Assembly (NCBI GenBank): GCA_951406725.2
Contig: OX597817.1
Location: 117,738,001-117,802,000 of the forward strand
Reading direction: 5' to 3'
Source: Octopus vulgaris
Lineage: Eukaryota
Length of the DNA stretch: 64,000 nt
Under the pieces are notes generated by a model. That model was not told the DNA's origin, did no database searches, and was given only the letters and a program-made list of their open reading frames with translations. Shown piece after piece: positions 14,172 through 28,271 of the stretch. The translations under genes were made by a program, and so were the position numbers. Position 1 is the stretch's first letter, and every line of letters begins with the position of its first letter.

Positions 14172-14425
14172 TGTGATCGACCAGGTTATCAGATGTTGCT
14201 ATACATCGCTGGTCACAATGCGATTCGCATTGTTTTAGCCTTCAAATGACGCCACCACACTGGCTAAGCGAGCAGGCCAACAGAAGAAAGATTGAGAGAA
14301 AGTTGTGGCGAAAGATTACAGCAGGGATCGCCACTACCTCCTGCCTGAGCCTCGTGGAGCCTTAGGTGTTTTCGCTCTATAAACACTCACAAGGCCAGGT
14401 CTGGGAATCGAAACCGCGATCGTTG
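14172..14425 (-). mobile_element. SINE of a different family, 5'-truncated
   Basis: GC-rich island between microsatellites with a minus-strand B box GGTTTCGATTCCC at its end. Confidence 0.6.
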
Positions 14426-14446
14426 GGCCATTGCACCTCCACACAC

Positions 14447-14494
<48 letters not shown>

Positions 14495-14570
14495 ATGTAT
14501 GAATGTATTTATGTACAATCATATATATACATATATGTATGTATACATAGACACATACACTCACACTCAC

Positions 14571-14616
<46 letters not shown>

Positions 14617-14645
14617 ATGCGTGTATATGTTTGTGTGTGTGTGTA

Positions 14646-15504
14646 CAGGGTCTGATCAATAAGTACCAGGATTGTTGCTATAGTATCGATGCCGAAGCTC
14701 GCAGAGTAAAGCCACTTGACAAAGCTTGACCTTCACCTCTGCTATGCCTGCAAACTAAGGTTTAACGTTCTGACTCACATCTGTTTAAGGCAGTGCTTGA
14801 AAGTGACGTATGGATCGTGCGATAGTCGCATTGACCATGAAAGAAAAGGTCCTCACAACGATACTAGCTTAGAGGTCTACGCAAAGTTGGAGAAAGTGTA
14901 TAGAGAAAAGTGTATTAGTCGCACACAAGTGTACGTGTAGTTCAAACGTTTCCAAGATAGCCGAAAAAATGTCGATAGTGACGAACGTTCTTGGACACCT
15001 GTAACCAGCAGAACTACGAAAAGCTTTGCGAATGTGCGTGCAGTTGTGAAGTAAAATCGTCGAATCACTATCAGTGGATGCACAGATTGGTTACATTCAG
15101 GTAAGTTTCACTGAAGATTTGGGTATGAGAAGCATGGCTGCCAAGTATGTATCAAAACTGCTTTCAGCTGACGAAAAATACACTCGTGTTTTACGTGCAC
15201 AATATCTTCTTGAGGGATGGAAACTCTTTGAAAACTCAGGAGTTAGCTTCTGAGCAGGCATCGCCAAAAATTTGGCAAAATTTGCAGCAGATTCTCTGCT
15301 CAAATTTCTCTGTCAGTGTCGATGCAATGATCCCATGTTACACACGTTACTACAAAACACCGCCGTAAATAGCTGAAGTGAACTAGAACGTTAATACTTA
15401 ATGCGCATGCACAGGAGAGTTAGAGGTTAATCTGTGCCAAGAGGCTTCATTCGGCGTGCTTTAGCTTCGTTACTATGGTAACAGACCGGATATTATTGCT
15501 GAGA

Positions 15505-15506
<2 letters not shown>
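14646..15506 (+). mobile_element. Non-autonomous mariner derivative with long inverted ends
   Basis: TA|CAGGGTCTGATCAATAAG; HTH remnant EVYAKLEKVYREKCISRTQVYV*FKRFQDSRKNVDSDERS; right end is an inverted copy of the left end that includes EQRICCKFCQ. Confidence 0.8.
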
Positions 15507-15581
<75 letters not shown>

Positions 15582-15585
15582 TATT

Positions 15586-15726
15586 GGTGCAGGAGTGGCT
15601 GTATGGCAAGTAGCTTGCTTACCAACCACGTGGTTCCGAGTTCAGCTTGTGTCTTCTACCATAGCCTCGGGCTGACCAAGGACCTCTGAGTGGCTTTGGT
15701 AGATGGAAACTGAAAGACGCCCGTCG

Positions 15727-15767
<41 letters not shown>

Positions 15768-15889
15768 CTGTGTGTGTGTGTGTCTGTGTCTGTGTTTGTC
15801 TCCTCACTATCGCTTGACAAACGATCCTTGTGTGTTTACGTCCCCATCACTTAGAGGTTCGGCAAAAGAGACCGATAAAATAAGTACTA
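15586..15889 (+). mobile_element. tRNA-derived SINE
   Basis: Head ggtgcaggagtggctgtatggc...ggttccgagttcag; body shared with 2008-2290. Confidence 0.8.
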
Positions 15890-15894
15890 TGTAT

Positions 15895-16039
15895 ATAGGG
15901 ATAAGATCGTTATTTAAAATACGGATCGTATCAGGTAGCCTTAATTATAATTTTAACAATAATTATTACCTTTGAGGTTTTTATTTCTATGCTGGCCACC
16001 TGATACGATCAGTATTTCAAATAACGATTTTATCCTTAT
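15895..16039. repeat. Foldback mini-element (~46-bp arms)
   Basis: ggataagatcgttatttaaaatacggatcgtatcaggtagcc versus ggccacctgatacgatcagtatttcaaataacgattttatcc. Confidence 0.8.
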
Positions 16040-16237
16040 TTATATAAATTTATATATCTATTTCGTCATTATATTCACTGCGGTGGTATTTTGACCATAT
16101 CGCACAAGGAGTTTTAGGCGGACATTTTAAACTGGTCGTGTGCATATGTGCATATATATGTATTTATACGTTCTTATATGTAAGCATTCGTATGTTGTAT
16201 ATATATATATATTTGAATACATGTGCTATCTGAGTAT

Positions 16238-16296
16238 ATTCCACAGATGAAGACAGAGTATTTCTTCTGCAGAGCCAGAAATCAGGGATCTGGAAT
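16238..16296 (+). ncRNA. Degenerate hammerhead motif
   Basis: ATTCCA CAGATGA ... GAAAT CAGGG ATC TGGAAT; 6-bp stem I, AUC triplet, U4 mutated, stem II decayed. Confidence 0.5.
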
Positions 16297-16431
16297 TATC
16301 CAGTAATTTTTTTCCGAGTATGTTTTCTCTTTCTCTCCTGTTGCTGTATAAACATTTAATGTGGCCTTTCAGTCAAGTTTTGGCTGCTATTTCAAGCATG
16401 GTGGTATCTCTTAGATTCCCTAATTATAATT

Positions 16432-16492
<61 letters not shown>

Positions 16493-16504
16493 TAATAATA
16501 TATA

Positions 16505-17918
<1,414 letters not shown>

Positions 17919-17958
17919 GTCGTGCAGCTACTGTTTAGACCTCGCTCGGAGATTTATT

Positions 17959-18002
<44 letters not shown>

Positions 18003-18939
18003 GACATTAAATAATAATTATAGACATATGTATATAATTATATTAAGGGGCCAATAGCGAAAGTGCCGATACTTTCAAAAATATTTTTATAGTAAGCTAA
18101 CTACCAGATAAAAATCATTAACGTGATATTTATCCTTATATTCTATTATGGATTAATAAAAATATATGTATATATTTGTATATATGGGAGCGCCAATCCG
18201 GTCTGCTTCACTTTTTTGATGTGAGGCCGAAGCATTACAGGATAATTTACAGAATATTAATGAACATCAAAATAAAGCGCGTATTTTAATAGAAAGTTGA
18301 AGGTTTGTGGGTGTTTTTAGCATTTATTGAAGTTAATGCCAATATATGTCATATCTTTTCCCCGGAGAAGATCGAAATTTTAATGGATGCACATATATAC
18401 ATATATGCACACTTAAGATGGATAACAGAAAAAAAACTCGCAAGAGAAGTACTGATCATACGCATACAGTTACAAGAGAAAAGCAAAATATATGATTTCA
18501 ATGCAGTATTTTTAGAATGCTGTTCTCCATTTAATCTGTTATTAATTTTCGAATTTCCAATACATATAGAACCAATTTTTTTGGTAGCATATTTCATTCT
18601 TTGAATATAGAACATATCAGCAGAAAGACATAATTTTATTTTACTAGTATACTGTTTTGTAACTACTATACTTAACGCAATCGAAAAGCCATTTTTCTAT
18701 CGTAATAAAGCATGCACACATCTATTCATACATACATACATACTTACATACATACTTACATACATACAATCGTATATACATTAGTATGAGTTAATAGGAA
18801 CATAAATGGCAGACAAAAGTAAATTTGTCAAATGAAGTGTCTCTTCATTTGACAAAGCGGGAAATTATTTTCCTGAAACCCAGAACTTTTGCATTAATAG
18901 TCCCCCTGTCGCCTTCCGACAAAACGAATTCTAAAAATA

Positions 18940-20430
18940 CCTAGGCATTCGTGGAAATATATAATACGAAGTTTCTGTGATCAATGGCCTTTGAATAAAA
19001 TACAAGACTTAGAAAAATAGCAATCAAAACTCTTCTCCTACAACGAGACAATATCTTAGAATACATTTCCAAAACCAGTACTGATACTACAATTTGGGAT
19101 ATTCAGTTATCACAAGTTCCTAACATCAACCGGAAAATTTCATAGAAACAGTGATATCTACGTACGAATACATCAAGTTAGTTGAGGCATCAGATCAGTT
19201 CGAACACATTTCCAATTAAATATGGTATCTCTCAAGCAGTAACTGCTAAACAACTGCAAAAAATTGTATTTAAACCTATTGCTGAGAAAACAAATATATA
19301 ACCTATTACTGAGAAAACAAAAGATCAATATATCCCGTGTCAGCAATGAAGTCTTCGGGAAACAGTCTTTTGAACTAATATATATTAACGATGACCTAGA
19401 TGTAACATGCTCAACATACGAAAACATGAGTATACATGAGTATATTTCGGGAAGACTTTAAGATGACATTAATGCGTACATGAAGTGAAGCTATTCAAAG
19501 CCTAGTCACCGCTACATCATATCACACTCGGAAGGTTATGCGTTTGCATTCGTAGACCAAGAGATGAACAATAACAACAACAACAACAACAACAACAATA
19601 ATAATAATAATAATAATAATAATACTACTAATAATAATAATAATAACTAGAATGTGGAATCTGAAAACAGAAACAATTCCTATCATAGTAGGTGCATTAG
19701 GCATGATAAAAAAATATTCAGACAAATACATAACAAAAACACCAGGACTTACAAACACATATAACATACAGAAAATTGCACTACTAGGCACTGCACACAT
19801 CCTACGCAAAACACTTTCCATACAATAACCATCAGAGCATCACAACAAATCACAGCACATACCAAGGCACACAGAGCTGCGCTCGGTAGTGAAGTGAAAG
19901 CACGCTATAAAAATAAAACTACTGAATAATAATAATAATAATAATGATAATGAAAATAATAATAACAGCGAAGTTTTTGGACCACCACGACGCAATCAAA
20001 GCATTGATTGAGTCACATTTCCGTGATCTGCGACTGCCGAAAATTGAACATACATAAAGAGCAGCAGCAGGAATATTGATAGTACATTCTGCTAAATTCA
20101 AGCATAACGGGGCGGAGATAGTTACTTGGAACAGACAAAGTATAGCATGTATCGTCATTGAGGGCAGCTGTTGTACTGACGGAAATATAAGTTGAAAACA
20201 ACGAACAGCTGCTTTGGAACGTTTAAGCTCCATACCGAGGTTTTAAAGGTTATACATTCATATTTATGCGATTACTAAATGGTGTACTAGGTTTTGTTTG
20301 TAAATACTTAAGTGACCATCTTCAAAAGATGGGTTTTCAGAAAAAGAAATCAACCAGTTTAAACACGCATTACAAATATAATCTGTTAGTCGAAGAGTAA
20401 AAATACAGAAGACTACTTTCAGTCGCAAAA
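18940..20430 (+). mobile_element. Old R4/Dong-clade non-LTR retrotransposon 3' fragment, interrupted
   Basis: Remnants KLFSYNETI..TFPKPVLILQFGI, LTSTGKFHRNSDI, SEGYAFAFVDQEM and REL-like KHNGAEIVTWNRQSIACIVIEGSC. Confidence 0.65.
19646..19925 (+). mobile_element. Younger 5'-truncated R4/Dong-clade element inserted in (TAA)n
   Basis: Open TRMWNLKTETIPIIVGALGMIKKYSDKYITKTPGLTNTYNIQKIALLGTAHILRKTLSIQ*, then 3'UTR with AATAAA; (TAA)n on both sides. Confidence 0.85.
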
Positions 20431-20721
20431 CGTTGGAGCGGTTCTGTTAGCTACATTCCAATGATGGATGTTTGCATTTATATTGCAAAACAGGACCGTT
20501 CTTTATAGGAGTACTTCAAATAAGTTAGAATAGAACAAAACCAACATACATATATTTATCCCATATCTTGAGCCAAATGTTCTTGACAATGATCGATTGT
20601 AATAAAATAACACATGTATTCGTCTATATATGTGTATATACATGTTTGCATGTTTGTTAAGTAAATATTTCTAGGTAATTGATATATACATAGCGTGCAT
20701 ATACATAGGCATATAATATAG

Positions 20722-20765
<44 letters not shown>

Positions 20766-21056
20766 ACAAGCATGCACGCACGCACAAATAGTAATGCAGT
20801 GGATTTGCCTTCAGAAGTTGAAATATGCCACAAGCAGTGCATATAAGTTCGATAGCTTTACCGACACAGCGTGCATCTACGTATATAGGAAGGCCACCGA
20901 CCGTCAGTTAACATGGAACATTACGACAAGGGTTATTCAACAAAGAATCATCCAACAATATGCCCCTTACCATTAGAATCTGACGAGCCATCTATAAAGC
21001 GAAGGTCTTTATTGATGCGAAATCACTGATCACTCTATGAGCGGACATGTATGTAA

Positions 21057-21121
<65 letters not shown>

Positions 21122-21354
21122 TGTGTGTGCGTGTATGATTATCTGTATATTATCCGTATCTATGTGTATGCAATTATACATTTAAACGCTTTCCATAATA
21201 AACAAAACTCACATTGATAAGACGCTGGCAATGCAACCGTAGAATCTAGGAATAGATAATATAAGCGATTACCCAACATCTGCTTAGTAATTCGTTAAGT
21301 AACATACATACGTACATACATACAATCATATGTATATACGCATGTATGTATATG

Positions 21355-21404
<50 letters not shown>

Positions 21405-21671
21405 AACATATATATATATATATGTACACATTTCACCACACGAGTGCATGTGTGGTGCATAGACGCATCCTACAGGACCATGAAACCTTTAGTTTATATA
21501 GAAATAAATCAAATTCTATATGTGTATGTATATATATGTATGTGCGTGTGTGTGTGTGCGTGTGTGTGTGCATGCGCGTATATATTCAAATTTACAGAAA
21601 ACAAAAGACAGAAACAGGCGTAGGAACACCAAGCAGGTTTATTAGTTTAACTCTCGGGAAGAATGAAAAAG

Positions 21672-21710
21672 TCTTCTACGGTTCGAGCCTACGCTCTTTA
21701 ACAGAAAGGA
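21672..21710 (-). ncRNA. Degenerate hammerhead-like motif
   Basis: Minus: TCCTTT CTGTTAA AGAGC gtag GCTC GAACC GTA GAAGA; stem II intact, core mutated. Confidence 0.4.
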
Positions 21711-21782
21711 TTAAGAGGGAAAAAGGAATGAAAAACGGACAGAGCGAAGAATATGTAGGGGTTAATGACTGAACATGAATAT

Positions 21783-21882
21783 NNNNNNNNNNNNNNNNNN
21801 NNNNNNNNNNNNNNNNNNNNNNNNNNNNNNNNNNNNNNNNNNNNNNNNNNNNNNNNNNNNNNNNNNNNNNNNNNNNNNNNNN
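21783..21882. other. Assembly gap
   Basis: Exactly 100 N, placeholder length. Confidence 0.99.
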
Positions 21883-21889
21883 ATATATA

Positions 21890-22743
21890 TAGATCAATAA
21901 ATGGTGGGGTTGTGTTGACCGCACGTGGAGAAATGATAGGCAAGGAAAAATAGTAAAAATGCAGAATGCTCAAACGAAATAAAATTTCCTTTTTTCTACC
22001 TCATTCTTCATGGATGGACTAACACAAATATACAAGGATACCATGCATTCATCACTTCAAGCTAAAACTTATATTCTTTAAATATCATTTTTACTATTGT
22101 TGTTATTACTATCATTTTTATTATAAATGATATGACAATCTGAAATGCAATTGTCTACGCAGATTTATATAATTAGAAAATAATATAAATAAAGTGTTAA
22201 AATCTGAAAGTTAAGTTAACAAACAATTATATAAAAAAGATAACGCAAATGAAACTAAAATGATAATTTTATAATTTGGGTTTTACCAACAGCCTTTATT
22301 GAAGAACTCAAAAGAGTTGTCTCCCCTTATTCACAACACAGGAACTGAAGAACCACAATTACTACTACTTCCTGTTTTGCCAACATCCTCAATTAAACCA
22401 AACAACACATGCTCTTAATCCCATTGGATCCTAATACCTCAAGGTAATTTTTTCGTGAACAATCATTAAGCTCAAGATACACAACGAACTCACAATGTAT
22501 CGGAGTACTTATTTTTTAATTTTTGTACATGTTTACTATTATTCTTTTGCAAAAAACAATGCAATTTTCTTTTTTCCCCTTTCTAATTTTTAAAAAAACT
22601 TTTTAAACCTAAATATTCTTGACAAGTCATACAATGACGAAAACCGGTTGAATAAATATATATTTATATATTTTATCAATTTCTCATTTCATTAAAATTT
22701 TCTTTCGTTTGAGCATTCTGCATTTCTACAATTTTTCCTTGCT
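21890..22743 (+). mobile_element. Penelope-like terminal element with inverted ends, in (TA)n
   Basis: 21940-21987 is an inverted copy of 22694-22742; HHR at 22614-22654. Confidence 0.7.
22614..22654 (+). ncRNA. Type I hammerhead, U3-A8 variant
   Basis: TATTC TTGACAA GTCAT aca ATGAC GAAAAC CG GTT GAATA; 5-bp stems I and II; one extra A; GUU triplet. Confidence 0.7.
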
Positions 22744-23930
22744 ATATATATATATATATATATATACATTTTCACAAGACTTCATTTGACACACGTATAG
22801 ACGTAAACCAACAGAAACAGGTACACATACACAGACACATATGCAGACCGACACCACCCAGACAGAATGGCTATAATATATACGTACATAAAATTCATTC
22901 CAGATAAGAATTGGCTCACAAAATGTCTCACAAATGAATCCAGCATATCTATTTATACCTATAAAGCTTTATTTTTATAGACTTCAACCAACAGGAACCG
23001 TCACACTTACACACACATACATATAAACACACACTCAGACAGAGACAATAATATATACGTATATAAAAAGCATTTTAAATACCTACTTACACACACAATC
23101 GCTCGGAAATTAACCAGCTTAACTACTTATATCTACAAAGCTTTATTACTACAGGGTCATATATGTCCCGTACACATTCAAATATATGTATATAACTAAA
23201 AGACCTATGTATTTGTGCATTTCTACAATCCGTTTCGCATCGCCAGGTCTATGTATAGAACTAAATTTATCAATTCATATATTCCCAATTCAGGAAAAAT
23301 ATACTAGTACTGATATATGTAAGGGTCAGAAAATATGCATAAAGGCTTGCTGTTACCCATACTCATAGTCACACCTATTCCCCACCCAGTATATATATAT
23401 ATATATAAATATAAATATGTACTATATTATATACGTTCATTTTACAGTAAGTTTGGTTCAATTAAGTAATTGATTAAGACATATATCCCACAGCAGTTAA
23501 ACCCATACAGATAAATATACAGAAAGGTACAGAAATTAATCAAACCTTAAAATCCAATTAATGATCATTAAATAATAATGCAAATCCAAAATAAGATATA
23601 TATATCTATAACTGACGAGATACCAGAGGCTTCCGCCCCGACATCCGAAACTGGCAACCGAATAATTGTCACATATTATATTACAGATATACATACATAC
23701 ATGCATACATATATATATAGTAATATAATAATAAGAGTAAGTAATTTCTTTATTGGTTTTTTAAATAAACAACAATATTTACTGGTAGATTTCGGCATGT
23801 AAATATAACCATTAACTGTCGGAACTTCTATAAAGTTCAGTATATATATACTGTATATAAGTAAATAGAAATAAACACACTGTTATTTCTAATTTCTTCG
23901 GTATGCCGCCAAGCAACATGTTGCCTGCCC

Positions 23931-24013
<83 letters not shown>

Positions 24014-24238
24014 GAAATATTAAAATTACTAAGTCTCTCTAAAAGAGAACACGGCAGCGTTCCTGGAAAATAATAGTTATCGCCATACGAATATGGCATT
24101 CTTATCAAAATAAGAATAAAGCTGTCCGCTTATTAGCTCCATGAAGCCATCGCCTTAAGTTAGCTATTTGATACACCAACTGTATCCATATAACCTTCGA
24201 ACAAGGGAGGTCAGTCGCTTCACACTACTTGATCGACA

Positions 24239-24280
24239 GCTACAGACGCGTTTCGGGGTATTGCCCCTTTTCAATGTAGC
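24239..24280 (-). ncRNA. Intact minimal type I hammerhead, U3-A8 variant
   Basis: GCTACA TTGAAAA GGGG CAATA CCCC GAAAC GC GTC TGTAGC. Confidence 0.85.
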
Positions 24281-24739
24281 GTAGCCAGACCAGTATTATT
24301 ATTGAAGACAAGTGGATGTATTCCACTGAAACTAGGTAAATAAAACCTTCGAACAGAGATTGTCGGAAGCGACACCTACTGGTCTGACTACGCTACATTG
24401 AAAACGCGTCTGTAGCTGTCGATCAAGTAGTGTGAAGCGACTGACCTCCCTTGTTCGAAGGTTATATGGATACAGTTTGTGTATCAAATAGCTAACTTAA
24501 GGCGATGGCCCCTCATGGAGCTAATAAGCGGACAGCTTTATTCTTATTTTTATAAGAATGCCATATTCGTATGGCGATAACTATTATTTTCTAGGAACGC
24601 TGCCGCTGTTCTCTTTTAGAGATACTTAGTAATTTTAATATTTCTATTATTGAAAACAAGTGGATGTATTCCACTGAAACTAGGTAAATAAAACCTTCGA
24701 ACAGAGATTGTCGGAAGCGACACCTACTGGTCTGACTAC

Positions 24740-24781
24740 GCTACATTGAAAAAGGGCAATACCCCGAAACGCGTCTGTAGC
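24740..24781 (+). ncRNA. Second copy of the U3-A8 hammerhead
   Basis: GCTACA TTGAAAA AGGG CAATA CCCC GAAAC GC GTC TGTAGC; A-C mismatch at the base of stem II. Confidence 0.75.
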
Positions 24782-25179
24782 TGTCGATCAAGTAGTGTGT
24801 GAAGCGACTGACCTCCCTTGTTCGAAGGTTATATGGATACAGTTTGTGTATCAAATAGCTTACTTAAGGCGATGGCTTCATGGAGCTAATAAGCGGACAG
24901 CTTTATTCTTATTTTTATAAGAATGCCATATTCGTATGGCGATAACTATTATATATATATACATATACATATACATATACATGTATGCATACAAAATTGT
25001 TAAATGTATAGATGGGTGGGTGTTTATGTTATATTAAACATTTGGGATATGTATATGTATATGTATGTATATATATATATATGTATATGTATATTCTTTT
25101 ATTGTCGAAGAATGTACGTATGGTTTTCAATATTTTTTTTTTTCTCTTTTTTTTCTCGATTAGATTTATTATTATTATT

Positions 25180-25605
25180 ACTAATATTGTTGTTATACAT
25201 ACATACAAGCATATGTAATGATAATAATGCTGTGATTTAATGGCCAAATTAGAACAAAAGCAACAACAACAAAAACAAAATACAAATTACAAGAATGTAT
25301 ATAACCAGAAGATACAAATATTACAGACACACCCCCACACTAAATACAACATAGTAAAAGAAAAACTACAGTGCAATAATAAAATAGATATGGTGCACAA
25401 AATATCCTGATGGTTAGTAAGGAGAGACACAAGTAAGTGAGAAGAAAACAAAGGACCACTGATGCGGTCCAGAGTGTGACGAAAGAACTTTGGCCGAAAT
25501 AAGATTAAGATTAATGTAAAAAATAAATATCACTGAAGCAAAATAACACCAAATATATAGTGCGTGTGTTTTTATTGGCTAAACTGGCAAGAATGACCAT
25601 TCGAA

Positions 25606-25612
<7 letters not shown>
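25180..25612 (+). mobile_element. Penelope-like terminal repeat with HHR variant, same family as 55912-56625
   Basis: Homologous to the reverse complement of ~55912-56380; CCA CTGATGCG GTC..GAC GAAAG AA CTT TGG at 25453-25495. Confidence 0.7.
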
Positions 25613-25654
<42 letters not shown>

Positions 25655-25664
25655 GTATATATGT

Positions 25665-25870
25665 TTGTGTCAGTGTTTGTCCCCACCAACATCACTTGAC
25701 AACCGATGCTGATATGTTTACGTCCCCGTAACTTATCGGTTCGGCTAACGAGACCGATAGAATAAGTACTAGGCTTACAAAGAATAAGTCCTGGGGTCGA
25801 TTTGCTTGACTAAAGGCGGTGATCCAGCATGGCCGAAGTCAAATGACAGAAACGAGTAAAGAATAAAGAA
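25665..25870 (+). mobile_element. SINE 3' half
   Basis: Body shared with 2008-2290; tail ggcggtgatccagcatggccgaagtcaaatgacagaaac. Confidence 0.8.
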
Positions 25871-26436
25871 TATCATCATCCTTCCTTCCTCTATGTTTGC
25901 CAGTCCCACCTTGAATAGTACTACACGCTGTGGTTTCCTTACACGAGACAATGCATTTTTAGTATTATAGCAGGCCATGACGAGGCTTCATGATTGAGAT
26001 CACTTTAAAAGTTTTAAAATTATTCTTTCCAGTGCTTATTTGAGTGGATATAACTTTTATAATATAAAGAATATACCACCAACACCCATCATAATATGAT
26101 TGGTACACGGGCCTCGGCCGCCAATAGATATCGAGCTCAGAACACAAAATTGCAACACAAATGTTACTACATTATTTAACAAGAAATTCAAAGAAAAATA
26201 AAACCGCATAACATTCAAACATTTACTGGAAAAAACTATCCCAGAAAGACCAAACCATTAATATTCGTATACATCTAGCATACGGGTACTTAACAACACG
26301 TGTGGGGTATGATGTCCTAAAACACGACTTCAAGACAATCATTAAATTAGAAATGGCCTGGAACATTAAAGGACAAAAACTTGTTAAATCATACACAGAA
26401 TCGCGCGCGCGCACACACACAAACGCACACACGCAC

Positions 26437-26512
<76 letters not shown>

Positions 26513-26542
26513 TTATGGATGTATGTAAGTATGAATGTATAC

Positions 26543-27450
26543 ACGAGCGTAGGTGTAAAAGTTCATTGACTGACCAGGATAATCGAATTGAATCTGACCA
26601 GATGACGTTTATTTTTTACAATTTCCTCCTTGCAGTTCACAGTCATTTTCCATAGTGTGGCAGTGCTTGAAGGCCATTGGTGAAGAAGCTTTCATCCTGT
26701 TGGTCATAAGAATCTTCAGTTGCAGATATGTCGTCATTGTCAATTCGAAATTTGTTTCCAGTCAAGTGTTTTTTCCGTTTGGAGAACAGATAATAATCAG
26801 AGGCCACCAAACCAGGAGGATTGGGATGAATTCAGCTTGTTCAAAACCATAGTCAAGCACAGCAGCTTTTGAAACAAAGGACTTTTGTGCTGGGGTATCA
26901 TCCTGATGAAACAAGATCTCTTTCCTCAGTTTTCCTGCGCATTTGGTTATGAAAGTCATTCCGGTCACAGTAAGTTGAAATAATGCTCTCCATTGAAACT
27001 GTGGCATTTTTGAGGATAGTCAATAAACAATTTGTCTTTTGCATCACAAAATACCGAGCCCATCACCTTCCTTGCAAATGAAACATCCTCGGCCTTCTTT
27101 AGAGAAAGGGAGGAGGGATGTTTCAACAGCATGGATTTTCTCTCTGTGTCTGACTCAAACTGATGAAAAATCTTCGTGGATTTTGAAACTTCCAAGAGGA
27201 TATTCTCAACTCTCTCACGTAACATGCTAATTACAATGGCTATTTGATTTACAGTCAGGTTCCTGTCATTCACCACCGCGTGGTGAACACATTCAATGTT
27301 TACCTCGATGGTGGAAGGGGCAGGATATGTGGACCTTGCGTCAACTTCAAAGCTCTCTCTTCCCCTCCAGAATTCAGATGCTCACGGAGTACCGTCCCTT
27401 AGTAAAGTTACAATGTTAGCATGGAATTATTTCGTCTTCTAGCTCTGATA
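26543..27450 (-). mobile_element. Degenerate mariner transposon
   Basis: RKVMGSVFCDAKDKLFIDYPQKCHSFNGEHYFNLL and GKLRKEILFHQDDTPAQKS in the minus ORFs. Confidence 0.85.
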
Positions 27451-28271
27451 AAATATTTGAGAAATATTATATTGATATATCTTGTGTGCTGAAAATCCAT
27501 ATCTTTTGCAACTGAGGATGTCACTGTACATAAATTGATGTAATGCTGACATTGCTCACTTAAATGGACTTGCTTCAAACAGTCGTATTCTATTAATGCC
27601 TGAAATCCTGGTAATTATTTGATTCTATTCACATTTACTTCGAACTGTGCGGATAATACCTCAACTAAGTACGTAATTTAACTGAGTCTAAATAATTTCT
27701 TAAGACACACATACACACACGCAAACACACACACATACACGTTCACACACTCACACACTCGTACTCACAAAGGCACTCTCACCCGTACGCACACACATAC
27801 ACACACAGACACACGTACGCACACACACACATACACACACATATATACATGTTAGATATTGACACAAGCTATAGCAAAATAAACATATGAACATGCATAT
27901 GTGATTGTGTGCGCATGTTCCAGTATGCATATGCACACTAACGTGTAAAACAGTGAGATTGTATGTGAGATTATGTACGCACGATCACAACACGTCTTGC
28001 GATATATGTGCTTTTACAAATGTGTATCGAGCTGCCTCCCTTTTTACATCTTCTGAATTTCTTCAATTATGTGCCACGCAATAGTCGCTACCCAATGAGT
28101 GTAACGGTAGAAGAGAGTCTAATATTTGTGAGACTTAACAATAACGTTATTTTGTATATTGTTACATATTTTTGACAATCATATTATGGTTTTTCATCTG
28201 ATATTCATATACTGAATTTTGAGGGCATCGATTAAAATATGCAAACATTTCTAAGGAAAGAAAACATAACA

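Larger units (their letters stand above)
24008..24952. mobile_element. Retrozyme-like element: one inverted partial copy plus ~1.9 tandem copies of a ~365-nt HHR monomer, flanked by (TA)n
   Basis: Period 348 bp (24311 vs 24659; the first copy lacks 17 nt); 24008-24295 is the reverse complement of the monomer; copies are nearly identical. Confidence 0.85.

Noticed and set aside
23611-23660. CTGACGA GAT..ATC CGAAAC motif
   Set aside because: No UH triplet or stem I in the right place
24008-24952. A/G differences between monomer copies as a footprint of RNA editing
   Set aside because: T/G and C/T differences are about as frequent and the numbers are too small
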